A stretch of DNA of 64,000 nt from Truepera sp. GTDB lineage: Bacteria > Deinococcota > Deinococci > Deinococcales > Trueperaceae. The stretch is from contig CBDCKW010000005.1 in the NCBI GenBank assembly GCA_965218435.1, positions 448,001 to 512,000 of the forward strand. The letters run 5' to 3'. Positions 37,156 through 47,946 of the stretch are shown here, piece after piece (positions within the stretch are counted from its first letter, which is position 1; each line of letters begins with the position of its first letter). Position numbers and translations under genes: made by a program. Below the pieces are notes generated by a model, which worked only from the letters and a program-made list of their open reading frames with translations, ran no database searches and was not told the origin of the DNA.

Positions 37156-37443
37156 TTGCAACGCTGCTTACGACATCATAAACGTCGCTACCCCTGAAGT
37201 CGTCAGCCCCTTCTCTGCATACCAAGTAGCTAGGGCAGGAGCTAGAACGAGATCATTATGCGGGTTTTCAGGCCATGGCCCTGCGTCTTTACCGTAGGAA
37301 TTGTGCTTATATGTCCTCTCCAAAATACGGCTTCATTGTGTAGTCCGAAGTGGACATTCTCTGACTTCATAAATTAGGTTACAGATTGTCCTATTAGTGC
37401 TTTACACTTGGCAGAACTTAGCCTTTCTCAGAGGAGGTCGTTA

Positions 37444-38464
37444 ATGTCAAGCGAGCCAATCAAGGGTGCGTCTCCCATAGCTACAGAAAAGCTCATCGAA
37501 GTCTGGCAGGGCTTTACCCACGCATCGGACCTACTAGACGGGCTTACCCTCGAACAAGCCGTAACCAAACTCGAGACCTGGCCTTACTCCGTACCTGAAC
37601 AAGTGGCCCACATGATTTTTTGGCAACGTCACGCCCTAGACGAGAATAAAGAACCCCGCCGCAAGTGGACGGGGTATTCCAGTCAAACAAGCTCCCCTGC
37701 TGCGTCTGGTGCAGTTGTTGATAGTGCTTTCCCTGCTTTCTTACATACGAGCCTATCAAGCCTTCATCACCATGTTTGCCTACGGTACTGGCAAAGTAGC
37801 CATCCGACCAGAACTCTCCCCCCCAAAGCTTCTTCTTGACTTGTGGACATTGCCGGAACACTTCACGTGCGGTAATACTTTTGATCGTTCGCACGATCTT
37901 TACAACCGTGTAAGTGGGCACCGATTGCACCAGAAAATGGACATGATCCTTGTCTGTGCCTATCTCTAAAAATATGATCTCGTAACGCTTCTCAATCTCC
38001 ACGTAGACTTCTTTGAGCACGTTGTCAACTTCATCGTCTATCACCGCGCGACGGTGCTTCGCCGGAAAAACTATGTGGTACATCAGAATATTTACGTTGT
38101 GGCTCTTGTGGATATACTTGCTCACCTTGTGAGTCTACGCCGCAAGCGGCGGGGAATCAGACCCCAAGAGATTGAAAAAGGGGTTGATGAAGCCGTCCCT
38201 ACCGCTGCTGACAGCTGGCCCGCTGTCACCCTCGAGGACTGGCCTCGTCTCAAGGATGAGTTTTTAGCCAACCTGGACAAGAATAAAGAAATAGCGCGTG
38301 ACGCCGAAACGTTAGAACGACCCCTACTCACAAACGACAAAATCACGGTTGGAGCCTTCATGCTCCAGCAGGTGACACACGACTGTTACCATCTTGGGCA
38401 AGTTGCCTTATTACGGCGTCTCATGGGTGCTTGGCCGCCCCCTAACGGCGGAAACACCTGGTAG
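37444..38464 (+). pseudogene. DinB-family gene split by an IS200-like element
   Basis: 5' half ...VAHMIFWQRHALDE and 3' half IEKG...HDCYHLGQVALLRRLMGAWPPP join in frame when 37645..38170 is removed. Confidence 0.85.
37645..38170 (-). mobile_element. tnpA: IS200/IS605-family element, tnpA only (start 38125)
   Basis: Y1 HUH motifs YHIVFP.K.R, DHVHFL, LWGGEFWSDGY; terminal hairpins CCCCGCCGCAAGTGGACGGGG and CGCCGCAAGCGGCG; ends approximate. Confidence 0.85.
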
Positions 38465-38722
38465 AGAGAAACTCGAAACCTTAGCGCCAAACACGGATAC
38501 CTATTCTCCAAAATAGGGCCTGAAATACCTATAAATTATGGTCACTCCTACTCAATCGGTTCACCCTCCATGTGATACACATTGGCGTCACGCTCAACTG
38601 CAATAATAGGCGCAGTAACTTCGCTGATTCGCTCTTTATTGTCCCAACATGGGAGGGTGTAAACCCCCAACTTCAGTTGGCTGCTTTAGCATAGGCTTTG
38701 TAGCAGCGTTAGACTGAGGCAA

Positions 38723-39157
38723 GTGAATGAGTACCGTAAAGGAAGCCATAGCCGCTTTGCGCTAGAGATACATTTGGTGTGATGTACAAAGTACCGCAAA
38801 GCGATACTCAAAGGCGATTTAGCGCACCGCTTCCGGGCTTTGGCACGCGAAGTTTGTAGCGAACTCAAAGTAGAGATCATCAAAGGGGTGGTATCGGGCG
38901 ATCATGTACACATGCTGGTCTCCATCCCACCGCAGTTGGCAGTAAGCAAACTGGTACAGCGGTTAAAAGGGAAGACCTCGTACAAACTGCAACGAGAGTT
39001 TAAGAGCCTTCACAAAGTGTACTGGGGACAGCGTATGTGGGCAAGGGGCTACTTTGCCTGCAGTACGGGTAATGTCAGCAGCGAGATGATAGCGGCATAT
39101 ATTGAAGGGCATACGGAGGAGGAGAACTTCAAAGTAGCCGACGAGTTTGAGACGTAG
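38723..39157 (+). pseudogene. tnpA: IS200/IS605 tnpA with internal stop
   Basis: EYRKGSHS.F.L.IHLV*CTKYR (TGA 38780..38782 where Trp is expected), DHVHMLV, WARGYF; hairpins near 38665 and 39235. Confidence 0.85.
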
Positions 39158-39299
39158 CTTAGGGCACTTACAGTGTGCTTAGCTTGAGCCGACTTAAGTC
39201 GGAATGACCTTCGAGGGTCAAACGCATTCCACCTGCTTCAGCTGGTGGTCATTGAATCCGATGAGGGCAATTTTCCATCAGGATTTCTTGAAGGAGGCA

Positions 39300-40157
39300 A
39301 TGATGAGGGCATCGGATGTTCCGCGTGCGGTGGCTGCCGCTAGGTCGATTGCCTCAGCGCTTGATCTGAGCGTCGACGACACATTCGTTCTTCAAGACTC
39401 GAACCGACTCGCTGTGCATCTGTTACCTTGTGACGTTCTCGCTCGGGTCGCGTATGTGGCGGGTCAGGCAGGCGCAGAGTTTGAAGTTGAGGTCGCTCGG
39501 CGGCTCGCCGAAACCGATAGCCCGGTGGCTGCGCTTGAGCCTCGAGTGGAGCCGCGCGTCTACGTGCACGACGGCTTCGTAATTACGCTGTGGACCTACT
39601 ACGAGCCTGCATCGTCCCAAGATGTCGTACCATCCGAGTACGCGCAGGCACTCGAGCGGCTGCATGCTGGCATGCGGCAAATCGAGGTAACCGCGCCGCA
39701 CTTCACGGACCGAGTTGCAGAAGCGCAGCGACTGGTTGCCAACCGCGACCGCACTCCGGAACTCGCTGACGCGGACCGGGAGCTTCTCAGCAACACGTTG
39801 CGAAGCCTAAGGCACGCAATCGGCGACCGCAGCGGCGCTGAGCAACTGCTGCACGGCGAGCCGCACCCTGGCAACTTGCTCAAGACAAAGAACGGATTGC
39901 TGTTCATAGACTTAGAGACATGTTGCTACGGACCTATCGAGTTCGACATCGCTCATGCGCCCGACGAAGTTAGCGAGCACTATTCGGACGTTGATCAAGA
40001 TCTGCTCCGTAAGTGCCGGGTTTTGATGCTCGCGATGATCGTAACGTGGCGTTGGGATCGAGACGACCAACTCCCTAATGGGCGCGAACTGGGCGCAGAA
40101 TGGCTCAGCCAGATGCGCCGAGCGTCGGATCACGATGGGCGGATACTACAAGAGTAG
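39300..40157 (+). CDS. APH/choline-kinase-like phosphotransferase
   Basis: LHGEPHPGN, FIDLETCC.GP.EFD; AAGGAGG RBS before ATG 39300. Confidence 0.85.
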   Translation: MMRASDVPRAVAAARSIASALDLSVDDTFVLQDSNRLAVHLLPCDVLARVAYVAGQAGAEFEVEVARRLAETDSPVAALEPRVEPRVYVHDGFVITLWTYYEPASSQDVVPSEYAQALERLHAGMRQIEVTAPHFTDRVAEAQRLVANRDRTPELADADRELLSNTLRSLRHAIGDRSGAEQLLHGEPHPGNLLKTKNGLLFIDLETCCYGPIEFDIAHAPDEVSEHYSDVDQDLLRKCRVLMLAMIVTWRWDRDDQLPNGRELGAEWLSQMRRASDHDGRILQE

Positions 40158-40224
40158 TTACAAGACTGGCACTCAGACGAATGACAGTTCTCCAAAATAG
40201 GAGTGTAAAAGAAACTTAAATACG

Positions 40225-41760
40225 CTAAGGCTCTTTATCGCTTTTGGGAACTACCCTTACCTCACTAGCGTTTGTAGAGAACGCGTTAGCTAAGTAACCT
40301 TTTCTCGTGAACGCTGAGGGCACGCCTCGTCGGTTTACATCTCGAGTGATGATGAACACGTGATCTCCTGTTTGGAAGACAACTCCACCGCGCGGGGTAA
40401 TGAGCTGACCGTCACGATATATTGCGGCAATAATTACGTCGTGCGACAGGCGAAGCTCTCGTAGTTGCCGTCCCACTGCCAGCGTATCGGATTCGAGAAA
40501 TACATCGAGGACTGCACTACCAGCGGGCGCGATACCACTTAGCTCAATCCGTAAAGGAGCTTTAGGCGGCTCGGGCTTAAGCAGCCCTAAGCGTCTTGCC
40601 AGCGGGCCGATAATAAGCCCTTGCATGGTCGCACTCACAACTACCACAACAAAGACAATGTTAAAGATCGCCTCTCCATTTTCGACCTGGTTTAGCAAGG
40701 GGAAGATGGAGAGGATAATAGGTACGGCCCCCTTAAGCCCAGCGGCGCTGAGCAGCGTGTACTCGCGCCAAGAGAAATCGTGGTGCCGGGTAAACCGTTG
40801 CAACGGCTCGAGGCAAAGGTAGACTGCGAGCGGACGTGCGAGAGCAATCATGATCAGCGTGACGAGCAGCGCCACCGGTAAGATGCCAGGGAGTTGATCA
40901 GGAAACACTAGAAGTCCGAGAAGCAAGAACATCACGATTTGCGCGCCCCACGCGAGCCCGTCCATAAAGTGCAGCAGGTCTTGCCGATAGGGAACACGGC
41001 GGTTACCCACGATCAGCCCGGCCAGGTAGACCGCTAGAAAGCCGTTTCCTCCTATAAGGTTTGTGCTGCTGTAGGTTAAAAGTCCACCAGCGAGAGCCAG
41101 CAAAGGGTAAAGACCGGAACCCTCAAGCTTGACCCGATTTAACAGCCATACCAACAACACACCCCAGAGAAACCCTAGAAATGCGCCTAGCGTGAGCTGT
41201 ACAACGATACCTCCAACGAGCGCGAGCCCATCGGCCTCCCTACTCACTAGAACGGTTGTGAGCGCCATCGTGAGGTAGATGCCGACCGGATCATTTGTCC
41301 CTGACTCGGTCTCGAGTATCCCCCGGAGACGAGCAGGAATTCCTCGGCCTTTAAGCACGCTGAAGGTAGCTGCCGCGTCGGTCGGCGCGAGCACCGCACC
41401 TAGGAGCAGACTTTGCCACACATCCAGAGGTGTGAGAAGCCAAGCGACGCCACCGATGACGAGCATAGTCACAATTACTCCGACGGTAGCCAAGCTTAAC
41501 GCAGGTGCGAGCGAAGCCTTAAAGAGTCGCATCCGGGTTTCTAGACCACCACTGAACAAGATGACAGCCAGCGCAATGAGGCCGACATCTAAGCTCAGTG
41601 CGTAATCATCAAAAACGATCCTGCCGGGACCACTACTCCCGGCCAGCATACCGATGCCCACGAACAAGACCAGCGCGGGTAAACCGAAGCGCTCGGTAGC
41701 GCGGGTGCTTAAGATGGCGGTAACGACCAGCGTACTGGCAACTAGCAGGTAAAGGTTCAT
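40225..41760 (-). CDS. K+/H+ antiporter, CPA1 (NhaP2/CvrA type) with TrkA-C domain
   Basis: TDAAATFS, ESGTNDP, GNGFLAVY.AG, GLKGAVPII, C-terminal IYR.G..I.P.G......GD. Confidence 0.9.
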   Translation of the reverse strand: MNLYLLVASTLVVTAILSTRATERFGLPALVLFVGIGMLAGSSGPGRIVFDDYALSLDVGLIALAVILFSGGLETRMRLFKASLAPALSLATVGVIVTMLVIGGVAWLLTPLDVWQSLLLGAVLAPTDAAATFSVLKGRGIPARLRGILETESGTNDPVGIYLTMALTTVLVSREADGLALVGGIVVQLTLGAFLGFLWGVLLVWLLNRVKLEGSGLYPLLALAGGLLTYSSTNLIGGNGFLAVYLAGLIVGNRRVPYRQDLLHFMDGLAWGAQIVMFLLLGLLVFPDQLPGILPVALLVTLIMIALARPLAVYLCLEPLQRFTRHHDFSWREYTLLSAAGLKGAVPIILSIFPLLNQVENGEAIFNIVFVVVVVSATMQGLIIGPLARRLGLLKPEPPKAPLRIELSGIAPAGSAVLDVFLESDTLAVGRQLRELRLSHDVIIAAIYRDGQLITPRGGVVFQTGDHVFIITRDVNRRGVPSAFTRKGYLANAFSTNASEVRVVPKSDKEP

Positions 41761-41892
41761 TTAGCCTTGCCCAAAATCGTAATCATGAGGCGTGCAGTAA
41801 AGCGCTATAGGAACCGTTTAGGGCCATTGACATAAGATCACTGTAAGACTTCATATGGACCGATATAAGTTCTGAGCCCGGTATTTACAGAT

Positions 41893-41929
41893 TTGACACT
41901 CCCACGCGCTTTAGCCGTGGGAGTGTCAA
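41893..41929. mobile_element. solitary IS200/IS605-type end hairpin
   Basis: TTGACACTCCCACG-CGCTTTAGC-CGTGGGAGTGTCAA, ending in TCAA. Confidence 0.6.
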
Positions 41930-41930
41930 C

Positions 41931-42299
41931 GGACTGGGACTTTTGTGCGTCCTGCTCGGTTTCGTCGGCGCTTTCTTTCCGCTTATGCCCAGCAACGTAT
42001 TCGTGATCGTCGCAGCCTGGTGCTTTTCTCGCGGCAACCCTCGGCTCCTCCGGCGGCTGAGACGACATCGGCTCTTCGGACCCGTCCTGAGGGATTGGCG
42101 AGCGGGACGAGGTCTGAGCGCTCGCACAAAGGTCGCGGCGGTAGTCTCGATCACCCTGACCTTCGGCTTCAGCATCGGGTTTGTGATCGAGCGGCCGCTC
42201 ATCAGGTTTCTGCTGGCGCTCTTCGCGCTCGGACTCATTGCCTATCTGATCAAACAGCCTACGAGCCGTCCGCTGCTATCCGGTAAGTCTAGGATATAG
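41931..42299 (+). pseudogene. YbaN/DUF454 membrane protein, N-terminus missing
   Basis: GLGLLCVLLGFVGAFFPLMPSNVFVIVAAWCFSR.NPR...L..H..FGP...DW. Confidence 0.75.
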
Positions 42300-42302
42300 A
42301 AG

Positions 42303-42325
42303 AGCCCCGGTTCGCTGGGGCTTTT
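42303..42325 (+). terminator. intrinsic terminator
   Basis: AGCCCCGG-TTCG-CTGGGGCT followed by T run. Confidence 0.6.
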
Positions 42326-42375
42326 AGGGTCGCTTAGCCGGAGGCAGCACGGCTACCGCTCTAAGATAGGGTGAC

Positions 42376-42810
42376 ATGGTGGAGATTGTTCAACAAGACA
42401 ACCCAAGCGCCGAAGAAACAGAGTTCATCTATGGACAGCTCCGCCAGCACAACGCGGCGCATACAGGTCAGCTTTCCCGTAAAAGCTTACACATTTTCGC
42501 TTATGGGGCAGACCAACAGGTCGTCGGTGGGCTGTTCGGCGACATTGGTTGGGGCTGGCTCCATATCGACATCTTGTGGGTTGACGACGCCTATCGGGAA
42601 CAGGGAATAGGGGGCAAATTGCTAGCACAGGCCGAGGCCGAATCGCTAGCGATGGGCGTAGACCGGGGTTACTTGGAGACGACCAGTTTCCAGGCCCGAC
42701 CGTTCTACGAAAAGATGGGTTACGAGGTGTTTGCCGAGCTAGAGGACCAACCGCCGGGGTATACCTGCTACTACCTAAAGAAGATCGGCTTTCGGGGTAG
42801 TAGGCGTTAA
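42376..42810 (+). CDS. GNAT-family acetyltransferase
   Basis: WLHIDILWV...YR.QGIG..LL..AE, L.T.SFQA..FY.K.GY. Confidence 0.9.
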   Translation: MVEIVQQDNPSAEETEFIYGQLRQHNAAHTGQLSRKSLHIFAYGADQQVVGGLFGDIGWGWLHIDILWVDDAYREQGIGGKLLAQAEAESLAMGVDRGYLETTSFQARPFYEKMGYEVFAELEDQPPGYTCYYLKKIGFRGSRR

Positions 42811-42876
42811 CTAAAGAGCCTAGAGCACTGTGTCGCCACCCGTTGTTTTAGTTTTTGAATAGGCGTCTATAGATGT

Positions 42877-43059
42877 ATGACCCGACATAGCGAGGAAAGA
42901 CACGTACACCAAAAAGACGAGCCGGAACTGTTCGAGCACCTGGAAAACCTGATGTTCTCCGGCGCAACGGACGTCGAGGTAGAGGGCCAGACTTACAACG
43001 CTGCGAGAGACAAAGACGAAGACGGTAACGAGTTTTTTGTGTTGACTCCCATAGGTTGA
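42877..43059 (+). CDS. small acidic hypothetical protein
   Basis: 60-aa ORF with plausible composition; no family recognised. Confidence 0.4.
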   Translation: MTRHSEERHVHQKDEPELFEHLENLMFSGATDVEVEGQTYNAARDKDEDGNEFFVLTPIG

Positions 43060-43131
43060 AAGAGCAGGATGGGGTAATGCTGAAGCCAAAGACAAGGCGG
43101 CGCTGTCACGCCCTGCACTCCTTATCGTAAA

Positions 43132-43397
43132 GTAGATATCTTCGTCAAGCATTCGCCAGAGAGCCTCTGGTACAGCCGAGATAAGGCGGTAGGGGGGAAT
43201 GTGCCGATCCCCGAGCGTGACCTGACCGGTTATCTGGTCAACGTCTGGCGATTCGACCGGTTAGATGAAGCAACAGGGGAGACCGTTCCCAAACTCAATA
43301 TCCAGGTCAAAGCCGATCAAGACTATGTGATCCAGTCGGGCTTTTCGACGAACTTCGCCCACACCTTTCTCGTTGGGGTACTAGGGCTCGAGCCCGA
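43132..43397 (+). pseudogene. truncated paralogue of 22265..22831
   Basis: FVKHS.ESLWYSRDKAVG.NVPI.ERDLTGYL.NVWRF...QSGFSTNFA shared. Confidence 0.85.
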
Positions 43398-43708
43398 GCA
43401 GATACTTTAGATCGATGCGGGCGCGAACCGCGTCGGCGGCCCCCCTGTCAGAGAGATTTTCTAAAAACTGGACGACCGTAACGGTAGCTAAACGCCAAGG
43501 CGAGAGTGAAGGCTGGCCGCGATCAGGAAATAGCTCGGCGAAGTCCTCGTCGCAGTACAGCGCGCCGAACTCGTCTCTGATTCTTAAGTACAGGTTCCCT
43601 TTGGGGAACGCGGCGTGAGCGACACGGCTGGTTTCTGCTGGAGCAACGCTGATCTTGTTTGGCTTGAGCATCACTCATTATGGCTTCTCGATTTCGCCAA
43701 CAGTATCA
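43381..43708 (-). mobile_element. IS1182-family left-end fragment (third, more divergent type)
   Basis: N-terminal transposase ET.RVA.A.FPKGN...SPWRLA.VTV.QF.E.LSDR.AADAVR; IR TTCGCCAACAGTATCA. Confidence 0.85.
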
Positions 43709-43775
43709 CGACCGTTTTTTGGTACGGTTTGCAGTGCCGCCCGGCTATCTCTTTAGGCGGCGGTTCAGCCAAGCT

Positions 43776-44711
43776 TCATGAACCCAGAGGCTCAAAATCG
43801 TCCGGGCCTAAAGCCTCGAGGTGGCTCAGTTCGGTGTGAAAATGAGTAGAAGCATCTTTGGCGAGCCTAAGCTCCCCGAAATTGGGTGTCGAGCCATAGA
43901 GTTGTTGGTAAGACTGGATGACGTGCAACTCGTTCAACCGTCCGACCTCCTCCTCGGTTGATATCCCAAAGTGGGTAGACATGCTCTGCTTTGGCCTCAT
44001 GACAAGCAGGAGACTCGGGCTGAGCGGAATGTTAAAGCCGAGCAGCGGGTAATCTTCGGGTTTGTGGCTATAGAAGTCAACAAGTCCCATAAAGGCACGA
44101 ATGTAGAAAAACTTAGCCTTCGGCGAGGCATCCGGTAGCGGAATCTCAAAAGGCATTGTGGATACAGGGCTATCTGAGGTAATGAGGGGAACTCCGGTCG
44201 GGTTCTCAAAAAGCTCCCAGTTATCTATCTCGAAGAGATAGAGCGCTAGGGGGACGGCGAAACGCATCATGACGTAAAGGTGAGCTTCATCGTCACGCAG
44301 GCTATATCCGGGAAAGTCGCGCTTTATGATGCTGCGATAGCTCATCCCCTGCTGCTTCGGGACCCGAACATGCTGGGTGGCGACAAAATCCACCAAGCGT
44401 TTTTTGTCGCGCGCAGTGAGCCAAGAGATATCTCGCGTCTCGTTGATTTTCTTGACTACTTCACCTGCAAGTGTTTCGATTCTAGCGAGGTCCTTTTCCA
44501 TGAACTTGCGTTCGTCGTCCTCATGCTCGTAGTACCAAGGACCGTAAGCTACTTCTGGGATAAATGGCGGAACGTCGGTGGTCTCGCCGGTGCCCTTGTT
44601 ATGGACGTAAATTTGCCACCGCTTTTTGTTCGGGTGCCGCTGTGACTTGAGTGTGGCAAAGTAGTTCAGGTAAAACCTAGGTACATAATGCTGTTTGACA
44701 TAGGCGGGCAT
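43776..44711 (-). CDS. DUF4238-family protein
   Basis: KQHYVPRFYL..F, E..L..IE, F.A.Q..R, LITSDSPV, PLSP.LLL. Confidence 0.8.
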   Translation of the reverse strand: MPAYVKQHYVPRFYLNYFATLKSQRHPNKKRWQIYVHNKGTGETTDVPPFIPEVAYGPWYYEHEDDERKFMEKDLARIETLAGEVVKKINETRDISWLTARDKKRLVDFVATQHVRVPKQQGMSYRSIIKRDFPGYSLRDDEAHLYVMMRFAVPLALYLFEIDNWELFENPTGVPLITSDSPVSTMPFEIPLPDASPKAKFFYIRAFMGLVDFYSHKPEDYPLLGFNIPLSPSLLLVMRPKQSMSTHFGISTEEEVGRLNELHVIQSYQQLYGSTPNFGELRLAKDASTHFHTELSHLEALGPDDFEPLGS

Positions 44712-44771
44712 CTCAAGGCCATTATACCAAGTTTGTTAAATAGTTTCATAAACTGCACTTGAATGAGCGGG

Positions 44772-45599
44772 TTATATAGGTTCTTGTTGCTCGTCTATGT
44801 CAGTCGGAGAAGGTTGCGACCCGCTTTCGTGCTTTGTATCTGTAGCCTGGCGATTTAGGTAGTCAATGGGCGAGATTTTGCGCTTCCCTACACCCCCAAC
44901 TAAACGAAGCACGCCTTTACCGTCTTGGACAACTCTTGGCAGATTGGCGTTTTCCAGCACAGGCTCCGGCATTGGTACCTTCCGACCCATAATGTGCCCT
45001 AAACTTACGCTTTGAAGATGAACCATTAAGTCCTGCATTAGTCCTCGTTGCTCTCGCAAAGACTCTCCTAGCTCGTTTAAACACTGTGGAGCATGCATGC
45101 CTGTAACTGTAAAAAGAGGGTCGATACCATCCTCCGAAAAAACAGATGAAGCTAGCAGTCCCCACAATTGTATAGACCCGTCATATATATGCTCGTGACG
45201 GTCTACAAGCGTGGGTAAGAGAGCTGCGATTTCAGGGAAAACGATTTGGTACTCCTCAATTCTCTCTTTCCAAATTCGTCCGCGTGGGTCGTCAATGATA
45301 GGCCGCCACTGTTGCATGAATGGCTCCCACTCCACTTGCATCCCCTGCATGATGTGCAGATAAGCCGGAAAGATATATGCATGGTAGGCGTACAGCCAGG
45401 TTTGGTACTCTCGGATTGCAGATGTCACGCTTAGCCGAGCTGTGTCCTCGACCTGCATCAAGAATTGACGTTTCTGCGCATTTAAGGTAAGTCGGTGAGA
45501 AATTACCCATCCAATAACAACGACAACAATGCCAAGAACACCCAGCACAGCATCAGTATTAATTTCAGTACGCGGTGGCGGATTATCTAGCATGACCAT
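44772..45599 (-). CDS. hypothetical protein with N-terminal TM helix
   Basis: 275-aa ORF, AVLGVLGIVVVVIGWVI helix. Confidence 0.65.
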   Translation of the reverse strand: MVMLDNPPPRTEINTDAVLGVLGIVVVVIGWVISHRLTLNAQKRQFLMQVEDTARLSVTSAIREYQTWLYAYHAYIFPAYLHIMQGMQVEWEPFMQQWRPIIDDPRGRIWKERIEEYQIVFPEIAALLPTLVDRHEHIYDGSIQLWGLLASSVFSEDGIDPLFTVTGMHAPQCLNELGESLREQRGLMQDLMVHLQSVSLGHIMGRKVPMPEPVLENANLPRVVQDGKGVLRLVGGVGKRKISPIDYLNRQATDTKHESGSQPSPTDIDEQQEPI

Positions 45600-45649
45600 T
45601 TTAAGAGGTTATCAAAGAAAGGTCCTTATTTAATTCATGGGCCGGAGCG

Positions 45650-45770
45650 GGTTGCGTCAACTTGTTTCACATCGGGTAGGCTGATGCGGTGCACGAGTCG
45701 ACCGAACGGCCCAAGGGGTACCGCTTTCCAAAGCTGATCATCTCGTACGTGGCGTACCTCTACCACCGCT
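45650..45770 (+). mobile_element. IS6-family left-end fragment
   Basis: IR GGTTGCGTCAACTT; PKGYRFPK.IISY..YLYHR. Confidence 0.75.
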
Positions 45771-45995
45771 CTATAGGAGCACGAGTTGGAATGTCCTACG
45801 GTGGATGCAGCCTAGACGCCTTACGCCTTCGAAACACGGACCCAAACCAAGAAGCCTCGAGAGTAACAGAGATTCGAATACACCTGTTACCAAACTCGCT
45901 TTGCCCTCAGCTCCCCGACTCTCCTGGTTGATGGTGCGTGACGCAGCTACGCTCAAGCCTGAGGAGACCCTTGTCTTCAGACACCTCTCGCAACA
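45770..45995 (+). pseudogene. probable ISL3-type transposase internal fragment
   Basis: PRRL.P...LPSAPRLSWLMVR...L.PEE resembles the ISL3 middle region. Confidence 0.4.
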
Positions 45996-46193
45996 TCACT
46001 CCGAGTGCCCGTTCGACCAGCTGTTTACTCAACTGCCTTAGTACTCCGGTGAGATCGTGTTCGTTATCGACCTCACGTAAAAGCTCGTCGAGTACCTCAG
46101 GATCAATTCGTGATTTCGTCTCCGCCATCTTGTGTCTCCTTCCTCAGCCTTATCTTGGCTGATTCCGCTAAACACAAAATTCAGGACACCCTC
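45995..46193 (-). mobile_element. IS256-family left-end fragment
   Basis: End GAGGGTGTCCTGAATTTTGTGT; IDPEVLDELL...L.QL.K.LVERAL. Confidence 0.75.
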
Positions 46194-46835
46194 GAGCATG
46201 CTCAGAATCTCTCAAGCCTCGTTGTTGCCGCTCCTGCTCTCTGGTAAACCGGTGCGATTGCTCAATCAAACTATTCTGCCGCTCAGCGACTGAAACGGTA
46301 ATGTGTTCACTCCCGCCCGGCTCAGGTAACTCCCTGAGTGCCGCGCCGTAGCTCCTCAAGCCGTACGCTGCGCTCAAACTTCGTACACGGTCACGAGCCG
46401 CTCGGGTAGCTCGTGCTCGTCGATCAGCCTGCGAAAGAAACGCTTGGCCGCGCCGGTGTCCCGGTGCGCTTGCAGTAGCACGTCTAAGACGTCGCCATGC
46501 TCATTCACAGCTCGCCATAACTAATGCGTGATCCCGCCTACAACGACGCGCATTTCGTCCAGATGCCAGGTCCTGCCGCGTCTTGGCTTACGGTATCGTA
46601 GTGCCTCGGCTAGGTCGGGACAAAACTTGTTACACCAGACCCGGACCGTTTCATGGCTGACGTCGCCCCCCCGCTCGAACAGCAGCTCTTGCACATCGCG
46701 GTAGGAAAGCAAGAAGCGGTGGTAGAGATAGACCGCATACGAGATGACGGCTTTGGGGAAACGGTAACCTTTGGGACTCTCAGCTGAAGCAAACACCCCA
46801 GCAGCCTACCTCAGCCGAAATAAGTTGACGGAGCC
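46194..46835 (-). pseudogene. IS6-family transposase, degenerate, 3' end cut by IS256
   Basis: IR GGCTCCGTCAACTT; GYRFP...YHRF.LSYRDV.ELL.ERG..VSHETVR.W, WHLDE; stop and frameshifts. Confidence 0.85.
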
Positions 46836-46861
46836 GATCTGAACAGTTAAATTACCCGCTA

Positions 46862-47943
46862 AGTACCTCCAACTCAAAGAAGTAGGATAATGAAGGAATG
46901 GCGAATCGAGCGCACAGGTTTATCCAACTGGACAACGAGGAGAATAGCAAGTTAAGAGCGATAGAGCAGAATGTCCATATGAAGGCAAAGGTACGTTTGC
47001 GTGCCCAAGTACTAAGATTGTCGAATCAAGGTATGGCGATAGAGCGCATCTCTGAGCATGTAGCGAAGAACTACGAAACTATACGAAGAACGTTTGACTG
47101 TTGGGAAAAAGAAGGTTACGCAGGCTTAGCCGATCATTACGAAGCCCACGGACGAAAACCCCTTATCAGCGAAGAAGTCAAAACGTTTATGGCAGCGAAG
47201 TTGATAGAACCAAGAACCTGGACGTGTGAGCAACTTGCTGAGGCTATTTTTGAGGGCTACGGCGTCAAGGTAGGCGCTGAAGGCATCCGCAAACGACTTA
47301 AAGAAATGGGCTACAGCTGGAAAAAGGGGCGGTTTGTCCCAGCCAAGCGTCCCGGCGAGGACGAGCTTAAGCATCATAAAGCAGCTTTAGACACGTTGAA
47401 AAAGGGGCGCTGGCGCAAAGACTGAAACTGCTTTATCTTGATCAGGTAGGTTTTAGTCTGACCCTCAAACCTATCAAGACCTGGACACCCAAGGGCTCGG
47501 GTATTCAGTTTGAAATTCCTTCCTGGCAAGGTTCAGCAGGCAGGCTCAACCTCATAGGAGCTTTGGACTTTGCAGCTAACAAGCTTTTCTACCGTGATTT
47601 GGCAGGTAGCTGTGAGGCCAAAAAATGTGAGGCGTTTCTTGACCAGCTAGCCCAACAAGCCGACCCCGAAGGTTTGACTGTCGTGGTGCTTGATAATGCC
47701 CGCTTTCATAAAGCCGCTAACATTAAAGCCAAAGAACCCTGTTGGCAAGCCAAAGGCTTATTTCTTCGTTATCTCCCACCTTATTCGCCACATTTGAATC
47801 CCATCGAGGCTTTATGGCGTGTGCTGAAGGGTTTTCTATTACCCAGACGCTTATATACCTCGCTTAAAGACCTCAAAGATGCCGTCTTTTCTACCCTTGC
47901 GCTCTTGGAAGCTATTATCCTTTAGTTTCAGGTTGGAGGTACT
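46862..47943 (+). mobile_element. IS630-family element, two ORFs (46898..47425 and ~47401..47925)
   Basis: TA flanks; IRs AGTACCTCCAAC / GTTGGAGGTACT; slippery AAAAAGGGG; DNARFH, LPPYSPHLNPIE. Confidence 0.88.
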
Positions 47944-47946
47944 TAA

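Noticed and set aside
37408..38464. Two separate ORFs (143 and 136 aa) and the long tnpA tail
   Set aside because: Halves of one DinB gene reading into IS sequence; the tnpA tail is read-through past the IS end.
37645..39256. TnpB/IscB RNA-guided nuclease system
   Set aside because: Both IS200/605 elements carry tnpA only; no RuvC/zinc-finger ORF nearby.
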